Positions 39,125-53,496 of a stretch of DNA of 64,000 nucleotides are shown here, in pieces (position 1 is the first letter of the stretch; each line of letters starts with the position of its first letter). The translations under genes were made by a program, and so were the position numbers. Source of the DNA: Epiperipatus broadwayi (Eukaryota; Animalia; Onychophora); the NCBI GenBank assembly GCA_028023455.1, contig JAQFVV010000001.1, positions 5,146,001-5,210,000 on the forward strand, read 5' to 3'. The notes under the pieces are model-generated. The model searched no databases. It worked only from the letters and a program-made list of their open reading frames with translations, and was not told where the DNA came from.

Positions 39125-42100
39125 TTAAAGCTAGTCGTTATTTCTCACAAGGAAATTTCTAACAGTTATTTTGTGACTGCTAAATTCAGGAGTTAATATG
39201 TAAATAAAAAGGTAAAAGTGTAAATGATTTTAATTTTTTGATGTTCTACTGTTTCTGTATCTTTAACTAAACAAAACTATAGAATTCATTTTGTTTTAAT
39301 TCAGAAATTTTATTTTATGGAATTGGAGGTGCTGGAATTTAACTTATACAAAGGCACTTCTTCTCCATGTAGCAACCCTGAAGATTACTATATAACAATA
39401 TTTTGAATGGTATTACTTTTTAGATGTTGCTGACTTGACCAATGGTAGCACTAGCAAGAGATTCAAATCTGGAACTTTTAGATTCTTGAATAGAATTTGA
39501 GGCAGCAGTCAGTAAAAATTTAATATATTTATTTATGACCATCTTTATGATGTCTCTATTGTTTTCTTAAGAGCAATGTTAATAAGTGTTTTTCCAAACA
39601 TTATGAATTATCATACAAGTTGACTTAATGGCCCATTGCCATGTGAGCAGCTTCTTTAAATTTTTGTTTATGCCTTTTCCTCTCTCCAATATTTTTGACT
39701 TTCCCCAATTGAACATATGCTCATCGTTACATATATGGTTTGCTGAATATATTTAAAGTAGCAGACCCACGTATGTACAAAATTTGGGAAAATACAAAAA
39801 TATTGTACAAAGAAGAAAATTTAAAGATGCTGCTATCAAGTCCACTCCATAAGTCAGTGTAGTATGATAATTCATAATGTTTGAAAATAATTTTTTAATC
39901 TTGCTCTCAAGAAAAATATGGAGAAATTAAGATGACTCTTGTAGATAAGATTATGAAATTTCTACTGACTGTTTATTATCTTTGACAGAACAGTCTAATT
40001 GGTTAAAATTTATTACTTTAAATTCAATATCTATGAATCTAAAAGTCCTATATTCTCAATTGTTTTGTTAGTACCATCACTGGTCAGGCCAACAATACCT
40101 GAAGAAGAAAGGAGAATAGTACCATTCAAATTATTAATATGCATACTAATTCATGCTCTATGACAATAGTTGAATGTATTTGAAAATTTTAATCAAATAA
40201 AGTTTGAATTTTTCTAAAAACATTTAACAATTAATATTAGTTGATGAAAATAGTCCAACATATAATTACCACTATAATACCATCATCACAAACTTTAAAA
40301 CAAATATTAAATATAAATTCATTTAGTTAACATGCTCAAACCAGTACTTTGTCTTTTCTGATTTTCATTTGATAGTCTTATTTCTATTATTATTTGAAAG
40401 TTTATTGTATATATATATGAGTCATAAAATAAAACCAGCAGTTTGGCTATAGAAATCAGTTATATTTTTATGTGTATTACTATACTACATTTTCTCTACT
40501 TCAAGTAAAATTGTTAATGGTCTATTATGTATAACATTTAATATATTATTTACAGTGAACACAGTCGAAAGGGAGTTTTATATTCTAATTCATATTCAAT
40601 GAGATCACTGTATCTAAACCGTAACATAGATATTGAAATTCATGAATAATAGTGCACACTATATAGTATTTTTGACATCTTTATAAAATTTATACACATA
40701 ACAGTAAAAATTAGTAGAATATAATAATTCAATTATGGAAAGGACATTGCAGTAATAAATTGAGAGAGAAAAAAAGAGCATAAATAGTCAAAATAAGAGT
40801 CATAGATCACATGACCCTATCTCTTAAGCTTGTAAGTTATAAACAATGAGGATCGCCAATTCCTCAACAAGCTTTGTGATAAATGCTTAGCCAGCACTTA
40901 AAATATCTCTGTCAGCAAACCTCCCACCCCTACCCCTGACCTTGTGTAATTTGTTCACTCCTTTTTTACTTTCAATAAAAATAAAAACTTATTAGTCTTC
41001 ATTTTATTCATGATGAAAATTTATAATAATGAAGTATAGAAAATACTATAACTAAATATTATTTTAAGTTAATACCCATTTCTGAATCTATATAACCATC
41101 CCATATCCACAATAAATGATTGATATTACTATTTTCAGAGATAGTAAATGCTTTTTAAGATAATATTTTACTGTTTACAGTCTTCTTGTTCTTATCCTTC
41201 ACCCACAAATGTAGTAGTTTTCCACTTTTCACTTAATACTTGTCATGTATTATGAATGTACTTTTAATAGTACTTAAATGCACAAACAATCTTAGCACAT
41301 ATTTATTTTCTTTATATTATTTCATGAATTGATGATTCATTTATATTAAATATATAGCCAATTTCATCACACAAACATTTTCCCTTCAAAACTAAGTCAG
41401 TTATTTTCATGTCCTCACACAAACCAACACCACTATCATTAAATTAATGCTTTTTCTAGGATTGAAACATTGTGATTAAATGAATATGTAAGACCTTGAG
41501 AATGTTTGAGATAAAAAAAATGGCTGCTGTTATATAGGATAATAATTATATGCATAAAATTTATGGCTTTCTATCTTTTTAAATATTTTTTTTAAAGTTA
41601 GGTTTCGAGAGTGAAAATAGAATAATTTCACCATATTTGGAAAAAAGTAATTATTGTTGGAAGTGTTTTGTGATTTCAGATAGAGTTTTTTTTTTTTTCT
41701 GTTTTTGAACCATAAATTGTTTAATTGCTTTTAGTCAAGCAAAATAATGTCAAGTGATTTTTTAGAATCAAGTTATTGGTCTTTTTTATAAGAATTTCAT
41801 TTTAAATCGAGTGTTTATCCAACCCTCTAATAGAATGAAGCAATTATGCCTGAATATCTAATTTATATGAATTTAGAAAAAAGTTATAAAAAAGTTATAT
41901 AAATACTAAAATCTTTTTTTATTATCTAGCTGATGGATTATCTAGACTTTTCTTTTTTATTCTTCTTAGAGTTTATATTTTAATTTGTATTGTTTCAATA
42001 TTTTATTTAATTAAATCATATGATATATATTTATTTTTGTCATGGATTATTAATATTTGATATTATTCTTTCATATTTATTAATTGCAAGAGCTTGTCAC

Positions 42101-42991
42101 TGCATTTCTTTTATTCTTATGCAAAATCAAGCTTATATACATTTGCTACCATTTAATTGTATATATGAATGAATTATTTCCACAAAAACTTTCATGCTGG
42201 TCTTATTTATTTTTTAATTGTATTTAAGCACCCATTTACTTTAAGAAAATATTATTTGTGCTTTTGATTCAATTCAGTTTTGCAATCCAGTAGAACAGTT
42301 ATTGTTTCATTTTTGTTTAAATTCATTGATTTAACATCATGCTTTATGGAAATAATATCATTTTCATATTTAATTCCAAAACATGTTTTTGCTATTAGCT
42401 AGGTTTTGTCACAGTTTTGAAAGAAAACAAAGGAAAAGAATTGCTAATGAGCAACGATATCTATTCTCAACTACAGTGAAAAGTCATTTGATTTTATAGT
42501 ATGATATAATAAGTGATTCAGTTAATATTCTAATTGTTTGATTTTCATCCAAGCACTGTTCAAGCTCATACTTGAAAATTTCAGCACTTGTAAAGTACAG
42601 CTAATGAATATAAAATTAGTTCAGAAAATTACTTTTGATATTACTATTTAAGCGAACTGAAGATATTTTGATTCTTGGAAGAAGCTTAGATTTTTATTTC
42701 AAGTTGCTGGTTAATAGTTATCTGTCTGCTTTAGTCAACAAAGCTACAATATCTCTTATATTATTAATGTAGATTAATAAGTGTTGCATAATCTATAAAA
42801 ACAAAACTGGCCTAATTATCTTAGTTAGCTGTCTATTTTAGTCAGTAAAACTACAATATTAATGTAGGTTAATGAGTGTTGCATAGTCTATAAAAACAGA
42901 ATGATTGTAACATGGCACACATTCATCACTAAGAGGGAGAATGTTATATTGTCAGCCCTAAGCTTAAAATTTATATTTTATTGATCTACAA

Positions 42992-43324
42992 CAGGGGTCC
43001 CCAACCTTTTTGCACTTAAGAGCACATTCTATAATACCAGCCAGGAGGTGGGCATCATTTATTTTTTCAACCAGATGACGGGCATAGTTGGATATTGTTA
43101 ATAACACACATAATGTACAAAAAAAATATTTATTTCAAAAATAAAATTTTAACATATAATAATATGCCCTACAATTTGATTACACATAATACAATAATTT
43201 ATAAGAAACTTTAAAAATTAAATTTATTTGTATCAGATAAGTAATTTTTTATCATGTTGGCGGGCACACGTAAAATGGTCTGCGGGTGCCATGTTGCCCG
43301 CGGGCATAAGGTTGGGGACCCCTG
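42992..43324. mobile_element. hAT MITE, 333 bp
   Basis: Perfect 17-bp TIR CAGGGGTCCCCAACCTT / AAGGTTGGGGACCCCTG and a perfect 8-bp TSD ATCTACAA (42984-42991, 43325-43332). Confidence 0.93.
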
Positions 43325-46300
43325 ATCTACAATAACACATCTTATGCTCATGACTTGGGAATTCAATCTATGTCAGTGAATCTTGATAATTATTTTAGTG
43401 TCATGAGTAGGCCTAGGATTATCTTCAGATTGCTGACGTATAATCACTTTAGTTATTCACCCATTTTGGTCAATAAATGGAATACTGATAAGTGTTGATG
43501 CACAGTCTATAAAAACAAAAGATTATTTTGACATTATGTAGCCTTTATCACTGAAGAGGAAAGTGTTATCATTTTGTTTAAGCTTAGAATTTATCTTTTA
43601 TAATTTAATTTCATTCAAAAGCATAAAGAGAATGGGATGTAGCATGCAAGAATATATAGAATCAAACATATAATGCATACCACAAGCTGAAATAGAAAAC
43701 ATTCAAATCACCAATCACAATGTTAAGATATTTCAGCAACACCTTCTGCGAATAAATATAAATTCTGAACTTCAAACAGCTAAACTTAAAAGGATATCCA
43801 TTTATCCACAGTGGGTGTTACTAAAATATCTTAACATGATTGATGATTTGAAGAATCAAATATATATGCAAACTAAGACAAAAATCTGGTCATTCATGCC
43901 AAGTACAAATATAAAAATTAATTATTTCTTTTTCTGGAGAAGGATTGAAGCAAAAAATCAACATTTTAGTTAAAAGAATAACAAGTAGAATACAATAAAT
44001 AATGTATTTTGTTTAGAAGGAAGAAAATATAATTTTTCATTATGCAATATTCCCCATTTACATATTTTTAAATTTTATAAATAAATATTCACTTTATACA
44101 GATAAAACATCATTAATCCCAAATCTTTGGTTCTAGGACTTTCTTTTTTTGATTTATAAATTTTTAAGATTTCAAAAATATATCTCATTATAAACCCAAG
44201 TTCATGCTAAAATGTAAAAACATTTATAAAATCTGTAAGCTGGTTTATAAATATTTATCAAATTCGGTATAGATTTTTTTTTTATAACCATAATTAAAAT
44301 AGTAAATCAAAACAATTTAAGGTTTAAAATGAGGTTAAATTTCTATTTAGCAATTCAGTGTAATCTTTTTTAAAAGATTAATTATGAAATTGATTATAAA
44401 CTGAATAGAGTAATAAACTCATTGCATTTAAGCTTATTAATTTATAAGCATGTATTAATTTTTTTTTTCCATTTGTTTGTAAATTTTGTGCACAAACTAG
44501 AAATTGCCATTGAAATTTTGTTTGGATAATAGAAGTTTTTGAATAATAGGCATTCAACTTAACAGTATGCTATTTCTATAATTTATATGTGAATCAAAAT
44601 GTATTTTGACTACTTTTATTTTGATTATTTAATTTTTTGTTGAGATCATAGCTAATATCTTGTCTATTGAAACGACAAAATTTTACTCCACTTTGCATCA
44701 GATAAACTTTTATTGTTAAGCCATGTGTAAGTACTTGTTTCAAAATAAGAATTATAACACATATATTATGGAAACATGAAATCTTGCTTAACTAACTATA
44801 AGTAACCCTTGCAAAATTTCTATTTTCTAGTAAAATAGATCATCTTTGAGATAATTGGAATATAAAGAATATTCAAATAAAACACACAATATGTTTATAA
44901 ATGTATTAAAATAAGCATTTTTACAGAACACTTGTTAGTATTAGTGATTTTAATCATCTATTGTATACTTCATGTTATATACACAATCATTATTAGATTA
45001 TGGGGAATTTGTAGCGTGAGTCTTTAAAGTTCTATTGCATTGATCATATGAAGACATAAAATATTCCAATTTTTATATAATTAGCATTCTGGTCTTGTTA
45101 TTGATTGTTATATGTAGGGCAGTTACTAAACTTTAGCGCTAGTTGACACATTGTTATTTTATTGCAAATTGGCACAGCACTGTTATAGTTTATGTGTGTT
45201 AATAATAGTCTCTACAATAGCTTTCCAAAAAGCTAATGAAATTTGCTTTGTGTAACATTTATAGTTAATGGTGTTCCATTATTGTCATATTTGTGCTCAT
45301 TATATATCATTTTTTCACTGATGGATAAATAGAGATTGCCATCATGTTATATTAAAGCTCATTAATATTATTTGTTAAACCATATGCTTATATAAGATAA
45401 ATTTAATATTAGACACTAATCATATATACAGATATAAGAATGTTTTATTTTTTGTTAATGTATAAAAAAAAAAATTTTTTTTTTTTTTTATATTAAAATT
45501 TACTATATCAGTAAATATTAAAATAATCAAATAGAAGAAAGTACAAAGAAGTCTTTAACAGATTCCATAAAAAAAAAAAAAAAAGATTTTTTAGAATATT
45601 AGGGATCATCAAGGCATAAATAAATGTGGAAGATGATAGTTGCAGGAAGAACTCAGTTGATCTGGGAAGATAATACCTGAACATGTACAGAAGCCTAAAC
45701 AAATCAGGAAATAGAACTTAGTAAAGGATCAATCATCTACAATGGCTACAACCAGTATGTGATAGCACTATAAATTTCCATATATTATAATATTATAAAA
45801 ATTTTAAATTGAACAGGTGTTTAATAAATTTAGCTTGCTTAGTGTAAATTTTTATGCCACTTTTTTTTGGAGTTTAGCAAAATCCCAGTGTAAATATAAA
45901 TATTTTTTCTCTGTATTTTGCAATCTGTGGTTATTTTTTTTTTGTGATAAATATTATAATACTTATTTGTAAATAATGCTTACAATAATGAAAATCAAAT
46001 TTATTTCATTATAATAATTGATCATAAAAAAATCAATCAAGTGATATGCTAATCAAAATAACTTTATTTCTCCATTTTTTGTATTTTATGATAATATTTT
46101 TAAAATCTTTAATACAAGAATTATAAAATTTATTGTAAAGAATGCTTATGATAAACCAAATCAAATTTGGGATAATTATTTAAAACAAATACTTTTATTA
46201 ATAACAGTGAGATATCGCTTGCAGCATTTATGCTGTAAAATTATATTGTAGCAATTAGAGAGTAAAGAATAAGAAAGTAATCAAAAATATGATATTAAGA

Positions 46301-48083
46301 AATCAAATATTTTTTTGCTTAATGACTTTCTTAAAAAATTAGATCACAGAAGTTTTTTTTATGTATCCTGAAACATTTCCAAGAGTTAATAGTAAATGCT
46401 TAATTTAGATTTAAATATATTGATTACAAAAAAAAAAAGTATTTGTTTATCTCAATAAACATGTGCATTATTGTTATGAGAATTCAAATTAGTTTTTCTT
46501 TTCAGTTTGAAATATGATTTTTATAGGTGCCAACTCATATTAGTTGGTGATTGGATTATTTTCAATGTTGGTCTTCATTTTCCAACAAATTCTTAATGCT
46601 AATGTTATGTAGATTTTAATGCTTTCAAAAAATATTAATTTAAAAAAGAAAAGAATTTAGAAAACTTTATTAATTGCAATAGGAATAATATAACTATCAT
46701 ATATTATATAGTAAAAAATAATTCTGGAAGAAAATTAAATAATCAGGATTTGAAAATGGGAAATTAGTTTTTTTTCTCTCATCTAATATGGATGCATTTC
46801 TCTAATCTTTCTGGATTATTTTTCTAGATTAAAAGAATGTACACTAATAGTTTAATAGGCTTCCTTAAAGATCTGTGCCTTTAAAGCATCTAAATACTAT
46901 TGAAAATTTGCCAATATTAAATGCAAATAATGAAATATAACAATATTATAATCTATTTTCAATATATTTTGCATATTCAACTTATTTTTATATTCATGCA
47001 GCACAGCATTTTTAGAGTAATAGTAATAATAATAATAAAAAGATTTGCTGAATTTTTTTTATAAAGTACATGTTTGCTTATTTATCATTTTTTCTTCTTT
47101 CACTTATTAGTATTCTGTAAAATTTATTAACAGAATTTTTAATTACTAAATTTTACAGGATTCTGCAACAATCTTTGATTATTATCTTTAATTTTTAAAG
47201 ATTATTTTGTAGGGAAAAAAATGAAAATCATGATTTAAGAAAGCCAATTATCAACCAAGAAAGAAAATAAAAATGCACATATTATTCATGTTACTTAGCT
47301 AATTTACTAATTAAAAATATATATTTTACATTTTAAAATGTGTGCCTGCCAATTTTTATCATATTGTATTTATTGCAACAACCATTCCTTAACAATAATT
47401 TGTTATCTATAGTTAATAAAACTTGGAAATTAATAAAAAATTTAATTTTTACATTTTTTAAAAAAAATTTACAGTGCAACTGTTAGTTTTATTATAATAA
47501 AATAGTAACACTAGACCTTTTATAACCTATGTTTCTAAAGTCATCTAATGTCTTCTCAAACTTTAATTTTGCTAAGGATTGTATTATAAATATAGAAATA
47601 CTTATTAAAGTTGTTTAATTAATATTAAGTCTTTAAAATAATGTATATGTTTATTTTTACACAACTATAATTTTTTTTACAAGAAATCAAAGCAAGAATT
47701 AATTTACTTTCACTTATTAATTTTCTTCTCTTTTTTTTTCTAGTTCTAAATGCATATCAGTTTATACTGTCATTTTTTTCTTCAGTTCAATATAATTTTT
47801 ATTTTTTTAAATTTTAAGTCATGAAAAATTGTTCTTTCTTTAGTGACTGGATTAATTACAGCTTTGATCATGATTTAATTAAATAGAACTAAACTAAGAA
47901 ATAAACAAAATAGACAGCTCATTGCAATTAGACTTATGAATTTTTAGCTATTTTCTGAACTTAAATTTTTGTTTTTAATTATTTATTTACTATTAAAATT
48001 GTATCAGATGTATACCTACTTTACATATATGTTAAAAACATCTGTATTATATGTTTGTTAAAAATACATATATGATTTGTTAT

Positions 48084-48530
48084 AATTGTTACATTTTCAT
48101 TTACCAATGTCAAACTCCCTCCACTCACAACTTTGACACCATCTGTTTTAGATAAATACACTAATGATTATTACTAATCATTTTTGAAACTAAATATTAT
48201 CTCTAGCACAGATATAAACTTTAAACCTCAGTTAAAGATTAATATATGTTTTTTTAAATTTACACACACGGAGTTATTCACCTTTCTCTGTCCCGTATGT
48301 AATTTCTTTATAGATATAATAAACACCTCCACACTTCCCCATTCTTTTCAAATTCATATAAATAAAGATATAATAAAAGACAAATGACTCCCAAGATGCA
48401 TTTCGTGCTGAACCAGCACTCATCAGTTGGCCCAGGTCACTATCTCTAATATATATCTCTATTATATGCAAAGTATTTATCTAGAGTAAATTGTTACATT
48501 TTCATTTACCATTGTCAAACTCACAACTTT
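48084..48530. repeat. ~42-51-bp direct repeats (48084-48134, 48489-48530) bracketing the hammerhead block
   Basis: AATTGTTACATTTTCATTTACCA(A/T)TGTCAAACTC[cctccactc]ACAACTTT occurs on both sides. Confidence 0.75.
48391..48430 (-). ncRNA. Intact minimal type I hammerhead ribozyme (family D variant), antisense in the KLF intron
   Basis: On -: CCAA-CTGATGA-GTGCTG-GTT-CAGCAC-GAAA-TGCAT-C-TTGG. All core bases are present, with a perfect 6-bp helix II, helix I CCAA/TTGG (plus distal GTGAC/GTCAT) and palindromic helix III ATGCAT. Predicted cut between 48395 and 48394. Confidence 0.85.
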
Positions 48531-49915
48531 ATCCATGATTTTTATTAAAAACAGGAGACATACTGTATTCTTAAATGTATATATTTTCAAAATTAAATAT
48601 ATGATATTTATGTAAATCATAACTTGTTAAAATAAGTCTCTGGGAATCATAATTTTGTTCTTATTAAAAGAATTTCAGGGATATTACTTTTCCAATTAAT
48701 ACTTTACATTTGTATAAATATAATTATTTAAAAATATTATGCTTTTGCTAGTAATGTGAGAAATAGAAACATTTTTTCATATTGTCAGAAAGAGACTGAT
48801 TTTCAGTTGTTATTTCTATATCCTTTATTTCATTATTTTATCTTGGCATGTGTTAAATATTTATAAACCAGATATATGTTTTAAGAATCACAATTATGTT
48901 CTACCAGACAAAATATAATCCTGAATCATATTCAAATTTGATTATTTTCTCCTGCAAGTTTTGATGATTCATACTTTTTTTTAAAAATGCATCTATCAAC
49001 TTTTTTTTTACTTTTTCTTTTAATTTCACAATCTCCTCTAATATAGTTTTCATGGTTCTATGTGTCAAGAATATATCTAGTTCAATATTTTTTTCAGTTT
49101 TGTTCAATAAATTATTTTTTTAAATCAAATTTTACAATCCTTCTATATATATAAATACATATACTTCTCCAAATACATATGTCAATTCTTTTATCTTTCT
49201 TTTTTTAATTATCAAAGTTTTTATTCTTTACAAAGTTATACTCTAAATAAGCATCATTCAATAAATAGCTACATAATTTTGTGCTCTCATTAAAAGCTTG
49301 TTAGTCATTGCAATTTTAATTTTTCCATGATACTTCTTTTGATAATTAAGCAGCTTCCAAATATTAGATTAATGTATTGCATGATCATTTGGTCTCTTTT
49401 TTGTTTTGCAGAATACACTACAGCAGAAAACTTGATATGAGGTCTAACCCATGCTCATAAAAAATAAAATGGTGTCTATAAGTCACAAGTAAAAAGAGAT
49501 ATTAAACAAGATCTAATGTCACAATAATGCAACTAGATTGTTTCATTTAATGTAAATGAAGTTGTATTTAAGTAATAGCATATTTTCATTTGGAAATTGT
49601 TAGACTGCTAAAATGAATGAGTTAATATCAAGTTTCTTATTAAACTGAAAAAATCTGCAAAAGAAATTTTTCAATTTTTGATGTGGCATAGATAATTTCA
49701 AGAAGGCATAGTAAGCATGAAAGGCAATCTCAACAGTTTTTAGCAAATGATCTATATTGAAGGATGGCAGCATCGTATGCTGTTATGTGGCAACACAGAA
49801 CTTATTTTGGAGCTGAACACAGCTAATTGTATTAATTTGGTAAATAAAAAAAATTACAGATAATAATATATGAATATATTGTATTTTATGTTGTTTGCCA
49901 TGAAAAACATTATAA

Positions 49916-50128
<213 letters not shown>

Positions 50129-53100
50129 GATTTAGTTTTAAACATTGTAAGTATTAAATTTTTCATGTTCAGTTTCAACGTTTTTTCATTTTTTGTTTAA
50201 AATGTGTATATATATTTAATGAAATAGAAATTAATGAAGAAAAAAAAAATTAGTTTGTAATATATATATATATATAAAAAGAAATTAAGAACAATTCAGA
50301 AATGCAAATTTATTTTAAAAAAATAAATAAAATGGTTTACTTATTTCAAATTTAAATTATTAAATCAAATTTTTTGAAAAACAGAATATAAAATTGCTGT
50401 TTTTGTATAACAATATTTTAAAATTAATAATACTTTATATCTTTTGATATAATTATTATTATTATTTTAATTTCTGAAATATTGATGCTTTTGAACTGTG
50501 GCACAGGTTTTTATATAGAACAAGAAAAACTGTCATACGAATACTTGATCAGGTTAAAATTGTTCTATTTTTGTCATATTATAAAATGATGTCTAGAAAT
50601 TCCAGGTCAGTCAATCTCAACTCTTCCCTTTGCTCAAATTTTTTATGAATTCCTGAGTAATAAACTATTTGATTTGCCATGCATGGTTTGGGATAATGGT
50701 AAGATTCTGGAACTCATATGAACTTCTGAAAAATAAATCATTCAGTTATTTTTTTATTTATTCCTTAGAAAAGTGTATAATGCTTGGAAAGGTTAATGGT
50801 AGGTATATAGATTCATTCATCTCAATAATGACTGTGCCTTTGAGTATTCTGAAAAGAGATGGATAGATCATTCAGGAGAAACCTTACTTATATGGAACAA
50901 TTTACAATTATTAAATTATATTAACTGCTTAGCAAAAAGTCGCCATATATGCTTTGAAGATTTTCAGTTAGATAAAAAAAATTACATGACCTTTTATCTA
51001 TAAAATAAATTGTCATATCATGTTTCAATCTTCAAAAATATTACATCTAAATATTAGTGATTATCAATGAATTTTATGTCTTGTTTTTTTCTATGACACC
51101 TGACATATTTACTCTTATATTCTCATAAATTCTGTCAGAATATATATATGATTGTCATTTAGTAAACAACATTTTTAGATTCAGAAAAATGAAGCAACAT
51201 TAATGAAAATGATATATGAAGCTCATTCTTTTAAAAGTGATTAACATTGGCTTTCCAATCAAATTATGTATGCCAATCACTTAAGAAAAACACACAGCTC
51301 AATTTAATACTAAATTTGACCGTATGATAAACATTTATGTCATAAAGACATTAAGTATTGAACATATAGATCTAATTTATTTTTATGATTGGGTTTATGG
51401 TTTACATGAAATTGATAAAAGTTTATCAAAAGACAGATATGCAAAAATAGTTTAGATATTTGGTTGAATAATTTCTGACAAATTTTGGTACTATTGCTAA
51501 TTTCTAGTTTCTTTGTAGAAGATTTTGAAAAGTGACATTGGGACAAATGGTTTAATGACTAAAGTGATTATGTAAGGTAATAGCTTGAGATTCTGGCTAC
51601 TTATTTTTAAATGAAATTTTATTCTTTCAGAATTGAGAAATTTATTTATTGAATAATTCTTATATATTTCAATTGCTTATTTTACAAAATTGTTTTGTTA
51701 ATTTTAGATTATTGATATGTGTTTATTTTATAATAGCTATTTAAAATGTTTCTCCGCCATTAATTGTGTTGATTTGTAATTGTTTATGTAGGCTTTACCT
51801 GCGTTCAAGATCTCATCACAAAAATGACTCATTTATTGTCTTTATACACATATGAACAATTTTCTCTGAAGGCAGATTGAATAACTAGGCAATAAAATAT
51901 TGTGATCAAGTGATAAAATTTGATCATTATTAGTGATAGTTCACTATTGCTTCCTTCCATAATGCAATTCATTTTAGCAACTCAATTTTAGAGCCATATA
52001 GTAAACATTAATGAGCAGACATTATTAAGATGCAATAAAATAATGATTGTTCTGATGGAGTGGAGAACAAGTTGAGCATAAGACAAACAACAAAGCTAGA
52101 ATAAATCGTATTTTAATTATTATTTATAGGGAAAGATATCTCACAATGTAAGAGTACCATAATTAGATATTTAAACTATTTTATATATTTACTAGTGAGT
52201 CCTGTAACAGCAGTCATTATTAATTAATGTGATGAATTCACTATTGGGTTAATTGATAATTTTTTGAAATTTCCCAGAATATTCCCCCCCCCCCCCAATC
52301 ATTTTATTTAATTTAAAAAAAAAAAAAAAACAAGTACTATTTTATAATACCCCTGAATATATTCTATTTGGTATTGCCTTTTTTAAAATTAAGTTTATTG
52401 TTTTTTAAGAAAAAAAAAGGTATATAAAATTTATATTAAAATTTCTCTTCTGTAAAAATTTATTTACTTTTACTGTTATTACAATTCTTATTAGAACTTA
52501 ATATGTATAATAAATTTTAAAATCATTGGAAACCTTAGTAATTATTACTGAAGTAATTAATTAAATTTTAATAAATTAATTCTTATATTGCTACACTATT
52601 TTTTGATTGTTTATAATTGAAAATGGGAACTAAAAATTATAATTTACATTACTAGCATATGAGTATCAGGTAATTTCTCTCCAGCTTTCCATAATATATA
52701 CTTTATATATATTATTATTATCATCATTTAGTGTTTCTCTGTAATGATCTATGACATTTAGTTTTTCAAACTTCTAAATGGCATGTTCTTTATTGTAATT
52801 ATGGATCTATTTGTCTTATTGCTAACCATCATTTTCTTTTAGCATTAACTTTTCCAATATTATGTTCACTTTTATAAAATTAAATTATCCTGGTATGATT
52901 TAAAATAACACAATTTCACTTTGATCATCCATCTATTCTTAGTTTGCAATATTATTGTCAAATGAAAGAAAGATAAAAGTTAAAAATTGATGATTTCTAT
53001 GTTTTCACTATCAATTTTAAAGTTATTTGCTATTTTATCATCATATTCTTTAATCTTTTTGTATTTAGCTACAATTTTATTTTTTAACTTTCTTGTCTTC

Positions 53101-53496
53101 ATATTTCTTCTATAAGTGTTGTGTCAGCACATCTAATGTTGATATTTTTTTCATAATCCAAAATCCATAGTTATCTTCGTTTCGTATTGAGCTCTACCCG
53201 ACTGCAAATTCTAACCGTCGTGTTTAGCATAAATACTTAAGTTAATTATATTGTTGCAAACTATTATATTTATTTTTGGAAATAAAAACCAGGATTACAA
53301 AAGTATATTGCAATTTAATATTAATGAAAACTGGATTGTAATCTTTGTTCTTTATGAATCTTTTCATTTTATAATCAAAATGTTTAATTGTAAAGTCTTA
53401 CAGGATAGAAACTGCAGTCAATTTTAGATATTATTAATTTACAGTTATATCTTTTTTATTTAGATAATATATAAATGTATTTTTATTTTGTTACAG

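Noticed and set aside
42715-43610. Diverged repeats around the hAT MITE containing CACTGAAGAGG as another hammerhead family
   Set aside because: The repeats are real but old, and no helix II, GAAAC or cleavage triplet can be assembled.
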